Below are positions 11,680-22,513 of a DNA stretch of 64,000 nt, in pieces. Within the stretch, counting starts at the first letter, position 1, and each line of letters starts with the position of its first letter. This stretch comes from an uncultured Chloroflexia bacterium (lineage in GTDB: Bacteria > Chloroflexota > Limnocylindria > Limnocylindrales > CSP1-4). A program made the position numbers and the translations under genes. A model generated the notes under the pieces. It saw only the letters and a program-made list of their open reading frames with translations. It was not told where the DNA came from and searched no databases. The stretch covers positions 163,158 to 227,157 of the forward strand of contig CAVUGM010000006.1 in NCBI GenBank assembly GCA_963741085.1. The letters run 5' to 3'.

Positions 11680-11872
11680 CGTCGGGCTCCCCCGCGTGCC
11701 GGGCAAACGGCGCGCCCGTGCGGCCGCCGGACGCCGCGGCCGAGGCAAGTTTCAGCCGTCCGGAACGGGATGTTCGCATTGGGCGAAGCGGTCATTCGGG
11801 CCAGGTCACGGCCTTGGAGCGGGCGCGGCCACGCGGGCACCGGCGCCCGCCGCGGCCGATAGACTCCTAGCG

Positions 11873-13536
11873 ATGACCCACGAGTACACGGTCCTCCACG
11901 GCGGCACGATCCTCACCTTGCTCGGCGCGTGGCCGACCGACATCGCGACGCGCGCGGCCGGGGACAGCCGGGCGCCCGACGCCGCGGGCCGCCGGGCGAG
12001 CGCGATCTGCTACGCCCACGACCGGATCCTTGCCGTCGGCAGCGATGCCGCGATGCTGTCCCTCGCAGGCCTCGACTCGACGGTCGTCGACCTGCACGGG
12101 CGAGCGGTGGTGCCGGGGTTCGTCGAGCCCCACGCCCACCCGTACTGGGAGGGGCACGTGGCCGGGATGGCACTCCTGGGCGGCCGCGAGCGCCGCGCCG
12201 CCCTGCGGGCCCTCCCGTCGGCCGGCGAGCACCTCGAGCCGGACGCGTGGCTGGTCGCCCGCTACGACCCGACCGGGTGGGACCGCCCAACAGACCCGGT
12301 CCGCGACGAGCTCGACCGGGCGGTCCCGGACCGGCCGGTGCTCCTCGCCCACGTCTCCGGGCACGCAGCCACCGCCAACAGCCTGGCCCTGGCCATCGCG
12401 GGGGTCGATCGGGCCACGGTCTCGGTTCCGGGGCACCTCGAGATCGAGCGGGATCCGGACGGCGAGCCGACGGGCGTCATCCGCGGCCCCGACGCCTGGG
12501 ACCGGATCGCCGGTTCGTTGCCGCCGCCCACGACGACGGCCGGCGTGGGCGCGCTGGCGCGAGCGGCCGCCCGCCTCGCGGCCGACGGGGTCACGTCCGT
12601 CGCCGACGCCGACGTCGGGTCGACGGCGGGCGTGGCCGCCGAGCTGGCTGCCTGGAGTGACGCGCTCGACGCTGGCCGGGTGCCGCTCGCGGTCAGCCTT
12701 CTCCCCGGGCTGGCGAGGATCGCGGAAGGCATCGGCGACCCGGTGCCGGCGCCCGACGAGATCGCGGCGCTCCTCTCCGCCGCGGTCCGGCCGAGGTCCG
12801 TCTCTCCCACGTGAAGCTCAAGGCGGACGGCGCCCTGACGACGCGAACGGCGTGGCTCCGGGAGCCATACGCCGATGCGCCGCACGCGGGCAGCCCGGTC
12901 CACGACCCGGGGGCACTCCGGGAGCGCGTCGGGCGCGCGGTGGCCGCGGGCTGGGCGGTCGCCACCCACGCCATCGGCGACGCGGCGATCGCCACGGTCC
13001 TCGATGTCTACGATGCGGTCCCTCCGCCGAGCGGCCTGCGCCACCGCGTGGAGCACGCGATGCTCGTCGACGACGCGCTGGTCGCGCGGCTCCGGGCGTC
13101 GGACGTCGACGCCGTCGTGCAGCCGGAATTCCTGGCGTGGGCCGGGGCGACGTATCGGGCGCGGCTCGGCGTGGAGCGCGCGGCGCGCCTGCTCCCGTTC
13201 GCCGCCTTCCTCGCGGCCGGGATTCCCATGGCTTTCTCCAGCGACCGTCCCGTCATCCCGGGCGCGCCGCTCGACGGGATCCGGGCGGCCCTGCGCCACG
13301 ACCCCGGCATCTCGCCGGCCGAGGCGCTTCACGCCTGGACTGCGTCCGCGGCCGGCGTTCTGGGCGACGGCGATGGCGGCCGGCTCGAGACGGGCGCACG
13401 CGCCGACCTCGTGGTCCTGTCGGCCGACCCGACCGGGGTGCCTGCCGCCGCGTGGGCCGAGGGCGCGGACGGCATCCGCGTCGAGGCGACCGTGGCCGCG
13501 GGCCGCCTCGTCCACGGGGCACTCGGGGTCACCTGA
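11873..13536 (+). pseudogene. Amidohydrolase family 3 (YtcJ-like metal-dependent hydrolase), one frameshift
   Basis: Has the N-terminal metal motif GFVEPHAHPYW, the central HVKLKADGAL and a C-terminal ATHAIGD...VEHAM...FSSDRPV. The two halves (11696..12814 and 12811..13536) join with a shift at about 12800. Confidence 0.8.
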
Positions 13537-14448
13537 TGGCCCCGAACGTCCTCGCGGTCGTCGTGCTGGACTTCGATCCCGTACCTTCACCTCGGCGACC
13601 ACGCCGTACGCTGGGAGACGCTCGGGATCGCGGCCGCCGTCCTCCTCGGGATCGTCTGCGCCGCGCTCCTGGCAGGCAGGACCCCGGGCACGGGCGACCT
13701 GACCGGCGACGACGACGTGCCGGAGGGGGAGCGGGAAGGCCCATCGCACCTGCGACGGGACGACCTCCTGTTCATCGTGCTGGGCGCGGTGCCCGGTGCC
13801 GTGATCCTTGGGCGGTTCGGCTACGGGCTCCTGCATGCCGGGTACTACTCGGGCCAGTGGCGCCTGCTCCTCGACCCGGCCCAGGGGAGCCTGCAGCTGA
13901 CGCTGGCGGTCGTCGGCGGGACGCTCACCGCGATCTACGTCGCGGCGCTCCTGGACGCCCCGGTCGGGCGCTGGCTGCATGTCGCGATCGTCCCGCTTCT
14001 GCTCGTGCTCGGCCTTGGCAAGGCGGCCCTGGCCCTCGGAGGAACCGGCCAGGGGACGGCCGCCGACCTCGCCTGGGCCACCTCGTACCTGCCGCCGGGA
14101 CCGTGGGGGAGCGCCGGTGCAGCGATCCCGGCGCACCCCTCGCAGCTCTACGAAGCGGCGATGACCGGGATCGTCGTCGTCGTGGTCGTCCTGGTTGGGC
14201 GGCTTACGCCGCTTCGGCGGGCCGACGGCCGCCTCTACGCCCTGGGCGTGGGGCTGTGGGCGTTCGGGCGCGGGCTGGTGGCCTCGACGTGGCGCGATCC
14301 GGCCACCACGGGGCCGCTCTCCGCCGAGCAGGTCATCGACCTCCTCGTGGGCGCCGTGCTGCTCGGCACCGTCGTGGTGGCCTCCGTCTCGCGCCGGCGG
14401 CTCGCTCCGCCGCACTCCCCGGCCCCGGCGGGAGAGGCGGAGGCCTGA
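13536..14448 (+). pseudogene. Lgt-family (prolipoprotein diacylglyceryl transferase-like) paralogue, frame-disrupted near the 5' end
   Basis: The ATG shares a base with the upstream stop (TGATG). MAPNVLAVVVLDFDP then shifts at about 13580 into YLHLGDHAVRWETLGIAAAVLLG...HPSQLYEAAMTG (Lgt-like HPxQLYE). The GNFFNQE motif of canonical Lgt is replaced by LGKAALALGGTGQG. Confidence 0.7.
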
Positions 14449-14595
14449 GCCGGTCCGCGCGTCGGGCGGTGCCGTTCCGCGCGCAGGGCTGATGCCGTTC
14501 CACGCGCGGTGGCCTGCGAGCCGCTCGACGTGGCGGCCTGAGCCGTTCCGCGCGCGGTCGCCCGGGCTGCCCTGGCGAGAGAGCTTGAGGCCGCT

Positions 14596-16012
14596 CTACG
14601 CCAGGCGGGCGTAGTCGGCGGGAGCGCGCGGCACGAACCGGCCGTGGCCGGCGGGCCCGACCCACTCCCCGTCGCGGACCAGCACGGTGCCCCGGCTCAT
14701 CACGACGTCCGAGGCGCCCTGGATCTCCCAGCCCTCGAAGATCGAGTAGTCGACGTCCATATGGTGGGTCGCCGCGCTGATCGTGCGCACCCGGTTCGGG
14801 TCGTAGACCAGCACGTCGGCGTCCGAGCCGGGCGCGATGGTCCCCTTGCGGGGGTACATCCCGAACAGCTTCGCGGGAGCGGTGGCCATGATCTCGACCC
14901 ATCGCTCGCGGGAGATCCGCCCGCCGACCACGCCGCCGTGATGAAGCAGGTCGACCCGGTCCTCGACCGCCGGCAGGCCATTGGGGATCTTGCGGAAGTC
15001 GTCGCGCCCGAGCTCCTTCTGGCCATGGAAGTCGAACGGGCAGTGGTCGGTCGCCACGAGCTGCAGGTCGTCCTTCACGAGCCCGCGCCAGAGGTCCGCC
15101 TGGTGGTCCTTCGGCCGGAGCGGCGGGCTGCACACGAATTTGGCCCCCTCGAAGCCGTTGCCCAGGTCGTCGATCGAGAGGAAGAGGTACTGCGGGCACG
15201 TCTCGGCGAAGGCCATCGCGCCCCGGTCGCGGGCCGCCGTCACGGCCTCCAGAGCGTCGCGCGACGAGAGGTGGACGATGTAGACCGGCACGCCGGCCGT
15301 CTCCGCCAGGCGGATCGCCCGGTTCGTCGCCTCACCCTCCAGGTATCGGGTGGCGAGCCAGGCCGTGGCCGATCGGGCCGGTCGTCCCGGCGGCCACCAG
15401 GTCGGCGGCGATGACGTCGATCACCGGCCCGTTCTCGGCGTGCATCATGACCAGGCCGCCGTTGCGCGCCGTCCGCTGCATGGCCCGGAAGATGTGGTCG
15501 TCGGGGCTGTAGAAGACGCCCGGGTAGGCCGTGAAGAGCTTGAAGTCGGGCACGCCCTCGGCGACGAGCTGATCCATCTCGGCCAGTGTCTCGTCGTTCA
15601 CGTCCGCCATCATCATGTGGAAGCCGTAGTCGAGGACGCTCCGGCCCTCGGCCTTGGCATGCCAGGTGTCCAGGCCCTCGCGTAGCGGCCGGCCCTTCGC
15701 CTGGGCCGCGAAGTCGACGATCGTGGTGGTCCCGCCGTGGGCTGCCGCCCGCGTCCCGGTCTCGAAGGTGTCCTTGGCGTACGTGCCGCCGAACGGCAGC
15801 TCGAAGTGCGTGTGAACGTCGATCCCGCCGGGGACGACGTACTTCCCGGTGGCGTCGATCACCGCGTCCGCGGCGAGGCCCGCGAAGGGAGACTCGGCGG
15901 CCCCCCGAGCCCGGCTGGCCACGGCGTTGATCGTCTCGTCCTCGACCAGGACGTCCGCCTCGAAGGACCCGTCCGCGGTGACGACGAGGCCGTTCCGGAT
16001 CAGCGTGCGCAT
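14596..16012 (-). pseudogene. Dihydropyrimidinase / D-hydantoinase, one frameshift
   Basis: The N-terminal half has PGGIDVHTHFELPF and FKLFTAYPG. The C-terminal half has VPVYIVHLS, TCPQYL, SPPLR and ATDHCPF. Fragments 15332..16012 and 14596..15291 join with a shift at about 15330. Confidence 0.9.
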
Positions 16013-16022
16013 CGAACCCTCC

Positions 16023-17031
16023 TCAGGCGCTGGTCGCAGGGACGTCGCGGAGCGCCGGGATCACCTCCCTGGCGTAGATCTCGAGCTGCTCCTCCTCGTT
16101 GCCGTTCATGAGATAGACATTGAACTGGTTCACTCCGGCCTCGGCGAGGACCCGGAGCTTGGCAACGTGGGCGGCAACGTCGCCGACCACCGCGAAGCGG
16201 TCCACGACCTCGTCGGTCACGAAGTCGGCATTGGAGCTGCCGGCCTCGGCGTGGTGGAGGTAGTCGTAGCCCTGGCGGCCGCGCACGTAGCGCGTCAGCT
16301 CCTCTGGCAGCGTGCCCCGGTACTTGTTCACGAGGTCTACGACATGGTTCCCGACGAGGGCCGGGAACCAGCGGACCCGGTCGCGGCCGTCGGCGAGGTC
16401 GCCGACGTGGGCCGGTGCCGCCGACATGATGCGCACGGCATCCGGGTCGCGGCCCGCCTCGCGTGCCGAGGCGCGGACCTGGCTCACGAACCAGCGCACC
16501 AGGTCCGGGTCGGCGATCTGGAGCATCGCCCCGTCGCGCCACGCGGCCGGTGAGCCGCAGGGCGACCGGCCCGTAGCCGGCCACCCAGACCGGCAGCCGG
16601 TGTCCCGCCGACCACGTCAGCTGCAGCGTCGCGCCCTCGTGCTCCACCGGCCGTCCCTCGGCGAGGGCGCGGATGACGTGGATCGCCTCCTCGAGGGTGG
16701 CCATCGTCGTCGGGGCCTTGCCGAGGACCCGGATCGCCGAATCGCCCCGCCCGATCCCGAGGTCGAAGCGCCCGCCCGAGAGCTCCTGGAGGACGGCCAG
16801 GCTGGATGCCGTCACCGACGGCTCGCGGGTGGCCGGGTTGGTCACGCACGTGCCGAGGCGAAGCGTCGTCGTCTCGCGGGCGATGAGCGTCAGCAGCGGG
16901 TAGGGGTCGCGCCACAGGACGTGGCTGTCGAAGAGCCAGCCGTACGTGAAGCCGGCCGCCTCGGCCTGACGCGCGAGCGCCAGGGTGCGCTCGATCGAAT
17001 GGTCGGGCTTGAGCGTGAAGCCGAAGTCCAT
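16023..17031 (-). pseudogene. LLM-class (luciferase-like) flavin/F420-dependent oxidoreductase, one frameshift
   Basis: Contains MDFGFTLKP...AEAAGFTYGWLFDSHVLW...TNPATREP...GGRFDLGIGRGDSA, then the fragment MLQIADPDLVRWF...GNEEEQLEIYAREVIPAL. The shift is at about 16530. It lies 10 nt upstream of the hydantoinase gene. Confidence 0.8.
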
Positions 17032-17052
17032 CGTCGCCCCTTCCGGCGGCGG

Positions 17053-17906
17053 CTACGGCCGGACCAGGTCGCCGTACTGGTCCGGCCGCCGGTCGCGGTA
17101 GAACTGCCACGTCTGGCGGACCTCGGTCACGAGGTCCAGGTCCATGTCCCGGACGATGAGCTCCTCGTCGTGCGGGCTGCCGACGTCGCCGACGAGCTGC
17201 CCCCGCGGGTCGCAGAAGTAGCTCTGGCCGTAGAAGTCGTCGTCGCCGAGCGGCTCGATGCCGACCCGGTTGATCGTCCCCACGAAGTAGCCGTTGGCGC
17301 ACGGCGTGCGACGGCTGCTCGATCCGCCAGAGGTACTCGGAGAGGCCGCGGCTCGTGGCGGACGGGATGAAGACCATCTCCGCGCCGTTCAGGCCGAGCG
17401 CCCGGGCGCCCTCCGGGAAGTGGCGGTCGTAGCAGATGTAGACGCCGACCTTGCCGACGGCGGTCTCGAAGACCGGGTAGCCCAGGTTGCCGGGCCGGAA
17501 GTAGAACTTCTCCCAGAAGCCCTTGACGTGGGGGATGTGGGTCTTGCGGTACTTGCCCGAGGTAGCCGCCGTCGGCGTCGATGACCGCGGCGGTGTTGTA
17601 GTAGATCCCCGACGCCGTGGAGTCCTCCTCGTACATCGGGACGATGAGGACCATCCCGGTCTGCTTCGCGAGGTCCTGCATCCGCTTCGTCGTCGGACCC
17701 GTCCGGGATCAGCTCCGTGTAGGCGTAGTACGGCGGTGTCCTGGACCTGGCAGAAGTAGGGTCCGTAGAAGAGCTCCTGGAGGAGCATCACCTGGGCGCC
17801 CTGCCTTCGCCGCCTCGTGGGCGTAGCCCTCGTGCTTCTGGATCATCGACTCCTTGTCGCCGGTCCAGGTCGCCTGCAGGAGCGCGCCTCGGACGATTCG
17901 CGGCAT
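17053..17906 (-). pseudogene. Beta-ureidopropionase / N-carbamoyl-amino-acid amidohydrolase (nitrilase superfamily), multiply frame-disrupted
   Basis: MPRIVRGALLQATWTGDKESMI, QELFYGPYFCQ, GKYRKTHIPHVKGFWEKFYFRPGN, VGVYICYDRHFPEG (catalytic Cys) and FIPSATSRGLSEYLW are distributed over three frames, requiring at least 4 shifts. Confidence 0.85.
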
Positions 17907-18261
17907 CGGACACCTCCGGGGTGGTCACGGCGGCGGGCGGACCCCTCGCCCCGCCTGAGTGCGGCGGAATGCTACACCCGGGTTCGCCAGGCGGGCTTCG
18001 GCCGCCCTGTGAGCCGAGCTCGGCCTCCTGTCGGTTCCGGCGGGCGGGCCTCGGCCGCCGGCGAGCCGCGCTGGGCCCCTGTGTCGGGCTGCCGGCCCAC
18101 CACGACGCCGACCCCGCTCGCCGGCGCACTGTGACGCCGACCCATACGCCGGGCCCACCGCGAGGACCCGCACGCCGACCCGAGTCGGAAACGGGTGTGC
18201 TGTAATGACGCTCCATTGGACCAGCTCGCGGCGCCCGTCGCCGCGCGGAGAGGATGACTCG

Positions 18262-19605
18262 ATGACCACCAGCGCCGCGCCCGACCACCTGACGTCGGAG
18301 GAGATCGTCCGGCTCGCACGGGCCCACACGTTCTTCAGCTGGTCCGTCCAGGGAGCGCTCGACCCGATCGCGATCGATCACGCCGAGGGCATCTACCTGT
18401 ACACGCCGGAGGGGCGCCGGATCATCGACTTCAACAGCCCAGCTGATGTCGGTGAACATCGGCCACGGGGACCGCCGCGTCATCGACGCCATCACGGCCC
18501 AGGCGCGCGAAGCTGCAGTACGTCCAGCCAGCGTTCGTGACCGAGGTCCGGGCCCGCCTGGGGGCCAAGCTGGCCGAGATCCTGCCGGGCGACATGGACA
18601 AGGTCTTCTTCACTCTCGGCGGCGCCGAGGCGATCGAGAACGCGATCAAGCTGGCCCGCCACCACACGGGCCGCTCGAAGATCCTGGCCCGCTACCGGAG
18701 CTATCACGGGGCGACGCTCGGAGCGCGATGACCCTCACCGGCGATCCACGGCGGTGGGCCAACGAGCCCGGCGATCTACGGCGTCGTCCGCTACCCGGAC
18801 ACGCATCGCTGGGGCGAGAAGGAGCCGCGCCCGGCGGCGGAGGCGCTGCAGGGCCTCGAGGACGTCATCCAGTACGAGGGGCCGCACACGATCGCGGCCG
18901 TCTTCCTCGAGACGATCGTCGGCACCAACGGCGATCCTCATCCCGCCCGACGGCTACGTGCAGGGCGTCCGCGAGATCTGCGACCGGTACGGGATCCTCA
19001 TGGTCGCCGACGAGGTGATGGCCGGCTTCGGGCGCACCGGGCGCTGGTTCGGCGTCGACCACTGGGGCGTGGTTCCGGACCTGATGACGATGGCAAAGGG
19101 CCTCACGTCGAGCTACCTGCCGCTCGGGCGCCGTGGCGATGCGCCACGACGATCGCGGAGGCCTTCGAGACGAAGATGTTCTACGGCGGCCTTACCTACA
19201 GCAGCCACCCGGTGAGCCTGGCGGCGTCACTGGCCACGATCGGCGTCTACGAGGAGGACGGCCTGGTCGAGCACGCGGCCCGCATGGGGGTGGTGATGCG
19301 CGCCCACCACGAGCGCCTCGCCGCGAAGCACCCCAGCGTCGGCACGCACCGCAACCTCGGGCTCTTCGGGATCATCGACCTCGCCCGCAGCCGCGACCCC
19401 TACACCCCGATGACGGGCTTCAACGGGACCTCCGACGAGATGAAGGCGGTCGGCAAAGCACCTTCGCGAGAGCGGCCTCTACACGATGGTCGTCAACAAC
19501 TCGATCCACACGAACCCACCCCTGTGCATCACCGAGGACCAGCTCGCGGAGGGCTTCGCGATCATCGATCGCGCCCTCGATCTGGCGGACGAAGCGCTCA
19601 CCTGA
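18262..19605 (+). pseudogene. Class-III (omega/beta-alanine type) aminotransferase, multiply frame-disrupted
   Basis: SVNIGHGDRRVIDAI, FFTLGGAEAIENAIKLAR, YHGATLGA, ILMVADEVMAGFGRTGRWF and MAKGLTSSYLPLG (PLP-Lys region) are all present but require about 8 frame changes. GGAGAGGA lies upstream of ATG 18262. Confidence 0.85.
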
Positions 19606-19749
19606 CGCCACGAGGAGATCGAGCGATGGCCGCTGGCGACGTGGGCGTCCCGGGGCGGCTCGTGGCCGTGCTTGGCGCCCCGGATCCGGACGTCGCGATC
19701 GTCATGCCCTGACCGCCGCGGAATCGTCCGGCTGGTATCGTCGGCAATC

Positions 19750-20766
19750 ATGGGACTCGGCCTCGGACTTCTCAGCGCTCAGCTCCGCCCCGGCGAGACT
19801 GACTGGACGCGCACCTATGACGACACGGTTCGCCTGGCGGTCGAGGCGGAGCGCCTCGGCTTCACGTCCGTCTGGACGACCGAACACCACTTCGTCGACG
19901 ACGGGTACATGCCCTCGTTGCTCGTCGTCGGCGCCGCGATGGCGCAGGCGACCTCGCGGATCGAGCTCGGCACTGGGGTCGTCCTCGCGCCGTTGCACCA
20001 CCCGCTCCGGCTGGCGGAGGATGCGGCGACCGTCCAGCTGCTCAGCCACGGGCGGCTGACCCTGGGCCTCGGGCTCGGCTGGTCGGAGGTCGAGTTCGCC
20101 GGGCTCGGGGCCGACGCCCGGCGTCGCGGCGCGGCGATGGAGGAGATCCTCCGGATCCTCCCGCAGGCCTGGACCGGTGAGCCGTTCACGCACCAGGGCC
20201 CCGTCTACGACCTCCCGACGATCGCCGTCCGGCCCGCGCCGTCGACCCCGATCCCGGTCCTTGTCGGCGGGTCCGCGGAGCCCGCCATCCGCCGCGCCGT
20301 GCGGCTTGCCGACGGGATCTTCGCGAACGCCCCGGCCGACAAGTTCGTCGAGCAGGTCGGCTGGGTGCTCGACGAATGCGAGCGCATCGGCCGCGAACCG
20401 GCGACGTTCCGGTTCATCCACTACTCGATCCTGCTGCCGGGCGCCTCGCGAGCGGAGGCGCTCGCCCGATACCGCGACGCGGTGTGGGCGATGCAATGGA
20501 AGTACTCCGACATGGGGGCCTCTGCGACCCGTCCGCTCCCGCCCCCGACGCCACCGCCGTTCCACCGCCCCGACGATGCGCTCGTGAAGGGCCGGGCGAC
20601 GTACGCCGGGACCGCCGACGAGCTGGTCGAGGCCCTCCTCGACGTCCGGATGCGGGCGGGAGTGCCGATCGAGTTCGTCGCCCGCAGCCACCTCCCGCTC
20701 CTCGAATACGACCCGCAGATCGAGCTGATGCAGCAGCTCGCCGAGGGCGTCGCACCTTTCGTCTGA
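19750..20766 (+). CDS. LLM-class flavin/F420-dependent oxidoreductase (intact)
   Basis: Contains AERLGFTSVWTTEHHF, GRLTLGLGLGW and VLVGGSAEPAIRRAV, a typical luciferase-like fold signature. ATG 19750 is taken as the start. Confidence 0.85.
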   Translation: MGLGLGLLSAQLRPGETDWTRTYDDTVRLAVEAERLGFTSVWTTEHHFVDDGYMPSLLVVGAAMAQATSRIELGTGVVLAPLHHPLRLAEDAATVQLLSHGRLTLGLGLGWSEVEFAGLGADARRRGAAMEEILRILPQAWTGEPFTHQGPVYDLPTIAVRPAPSTPIPVLVGGSAEPAIRRAVRLADGIFANAPADKFVEQVGWVLDECERIGREPATFRFIHYSILLPGASRAEALARYRDAVWAMQWKYSDMGASATRPLPPPTPPPFHRPDDALVKGRATYAGTADELVEALLDVRMRAGVPIEFVARSHLPLLEYDPQIELMQQLAEGVAPFV

Positions 20767-20950
20767 GGCGGAAGTCTTGTCACCGGAAGCAGGAGTCCGG
20801 TACCCCGCGCTGGCTCCACGCATGAGTGGGCCTCCCGCAGGAGTCTGGATCACAAGGGAGACGCGGAGGCCGGAGAGCCCGGCGGGGACGCCCACCTCGT
20901 GCGCTGCGGTCGGGCCGTTCAACCCACTGGCAGGAAGGGAGAGTCGGACG

Positions 20951-21400
20951 ATGCGCTACCAAACGACGATCGAGCGGACCGGCCCGAATACCGCCGGGAT
21001 CCCCGTGCCGGATGAGGTCCTGACAGCCCTGGGGGGCGGCCGGCGACCAGCGATCACCGTCACCGTCAACGGCTACACGTACCGCAGCACGGTCGGCGCG
21101 ATGGGCGGTCGCTGCCTCATTCCGCTGAGCTCTGCACACCGCGCGGCGGCCGACTTGGAAGGTGGCGAGACGCTCGATGTCGAGATCGAGCTCGATACCG
21201 CCCCGCGCACCGTCGAGCTGCCCGTGGACCTCGCCGCGGCCCTGGCCGCCGAGCCCGCGGCCCTGGCCACCTTCGAGCGACTCTCGTACAGCGACAAGTC
21301 CTGGCACGTTCTGCAAGTCGAGGGGGCCAAGGCGCCCGAGACCCGGGCCCGCCGGATCGCGAAGTCCGTGGCCATGTTGCGCGAGGGCCGCGGCCGCTGA
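20951..21400 (+). CDS. DUF1905 / YdeI-family protein
   Basis: MRYQTTIERTGPNTAGIPVPDEVLTALGGGRRPAITVTVNGYTYRSTV (DUF1905-like) is followed by ERLSYSDKSWHVLQVEGAKAPETRARRI (YdeI-like C-terminus). AAGGGAGAG SD lies upstream. Confidence 0.75.
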   Translation: MRYQTTIERTGPNTAGIPVPDEVLTALGGGRRPAITVTVNGYTYRSTVGAMGGRCLIPLSSAHRAAADLEGGETLDVEIELDTAPRTVELPVDLAAALAAEPAALATFERLSYSDKSWHVLQVEGAKAPETRARRIAKSVAMLREGRGR

Positions 21401-21499
21401 ACATCCAGCTCGGCCACGCTCCACTGCCGACGACCGATGACTTTCGGGGACCCGGCGAGTCTGTACCAACGAGACTGCAGCACCACAAGGGGGTCCATC

Positions 21500-22432
21500 A
21501 TGACGACGTTGACCACTCGGACCCTGGAGGTGCCGGGCGCTGTCCTGACCTACGACATCCGCCCCAACGACACCTCGATCGAACCGGTCCTGCTCATCAT
21601 CGGCTCACCCATGGCGGCCGACGGCTTCGCCGCGCTGGCGGAGCGGTTCCCCGAGCGAACCGTTGTCACGTACGACCCGCGGGGCGCGGGCCGGAGCCCC
21701 CGGACCGACGCGGCGCTCGAGACGACGCCCGACGAGCACGCCGACGACCTGCACCGGCTGATCTCGGCGCTCGACGCCGGCCCCGTCGAGCTGTTCGCAT
21801 CGAGCGGCGGGGCCGTGAACGCGCTCGCCCTCGTGGCCCGCCATCCAGAGCAGGTGACGACGCTCGTGGCCCACGAGCCGCCGGTCTGGCAGGTTCTCCC
21901 GGACCGCGAGGTCGGACTGGCGGCTGCGGTGGACATCCACGACACGTATCTGCGCGAGGGCTTCGGCCCGGCGATGGCCAAGTTCATCGCCCTCGTCAGC
22001 TACGAGGGCCCGTTCCCGGCCGACTACGCCGGCCGACCAGCTCCCGACCCGGCGATGTTCGGGCTGCCGGCCGAGGACGACGGCACCCGGACCGACCCGT
22101 TGCTCGGGCAGAACATGGTCTCGGCCAGTCACTTCCAGCCGGACTTCGAGGCCCTGCGCGCGGCATCGACCCGCATCGTCCTCGGGGTCGGAGCGGTGTC
22201 GAGCCGCGTCATGACCGGTCGCGCGACGCAGGCCGTCGCGGAGCGGCTCGGGACCACGCCGGTCGTCTTCCCCGGCGGCCATGGTGGGTTCCTCGAGGGT
22301 GAGATGAACCAGGGCGGCGGCCCCGACGCCTTCGCGGCCAAGCTGCGCGAGGTCCTGACCCCCGATCGTGGCCCGGCTGCGAGTAGCTCATCACCCGGCC
22401 CGGACTCGGCCCACCCCGGGGCGACCGCCTAG
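21500..22432 (+). CDS. Alpha/beta hydrolase fold protein
   Basis: Contains VLLIIGSPMAADGF, the nucleophile elbow ELFASSGGA (GxSxG-like) and a C-terminal PGGHGGF. Substrate is unknown. Confidence 0.8.
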   Translation: MTTLTTRTLEVPGAVLTYDIRPNDTSIEPVLLIIGSPMAADGFAALAERFPERTVVTYDPRGAGRSPRTDAALETTPDEHADDLHRLISALDAGPVELFASSGGAVNALALVARHPEQVTTLVAHEPPVWQVLPDREVGLAAAVDIHDTYLREGFGPAMAKFIALVSYEGPFPADYAGRPAPDPAMFGLPAEDDGTRTDPLLGQNMVSASHFQPDFEALRAASTRIVLGVGAVSSRVMTGRATQAVAERLGTTPVVFPGGHGGFLEGEMNQGGGPDAFAAKLREVLTPDRGPAASSSSPGPDSAHPGATA

Positions 22433-22513
22433 TCCCGGCCCGGCCTGTGGAGCGCCGGCTCCGCCGGCCCTTTCCGCGCCCACGGCGGCCGGATGTACGA
22501 AAGGAGTTGAGGC

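Noticed and set aside
17907-18261. Possible riboswitch or ncRNA in the 355-bp divergent region between the beta-ureidopropionase and aminotransferase genes. It contains three CCTGT(G/C) motifs and a TGCTGTAAT -10-like box.
   Set aside because: I could not fold it into any known riboswitch architecture by eye. The motifs are short. It is probably just divergent promoters with regulator sites.
20795-20850. Repeated GCAGGAGTC(C/T)GG 11-mer upstream of the DUF1905 gene.
   Set aside because: There are only two copies and no linked regulator, so the support is insufficient.
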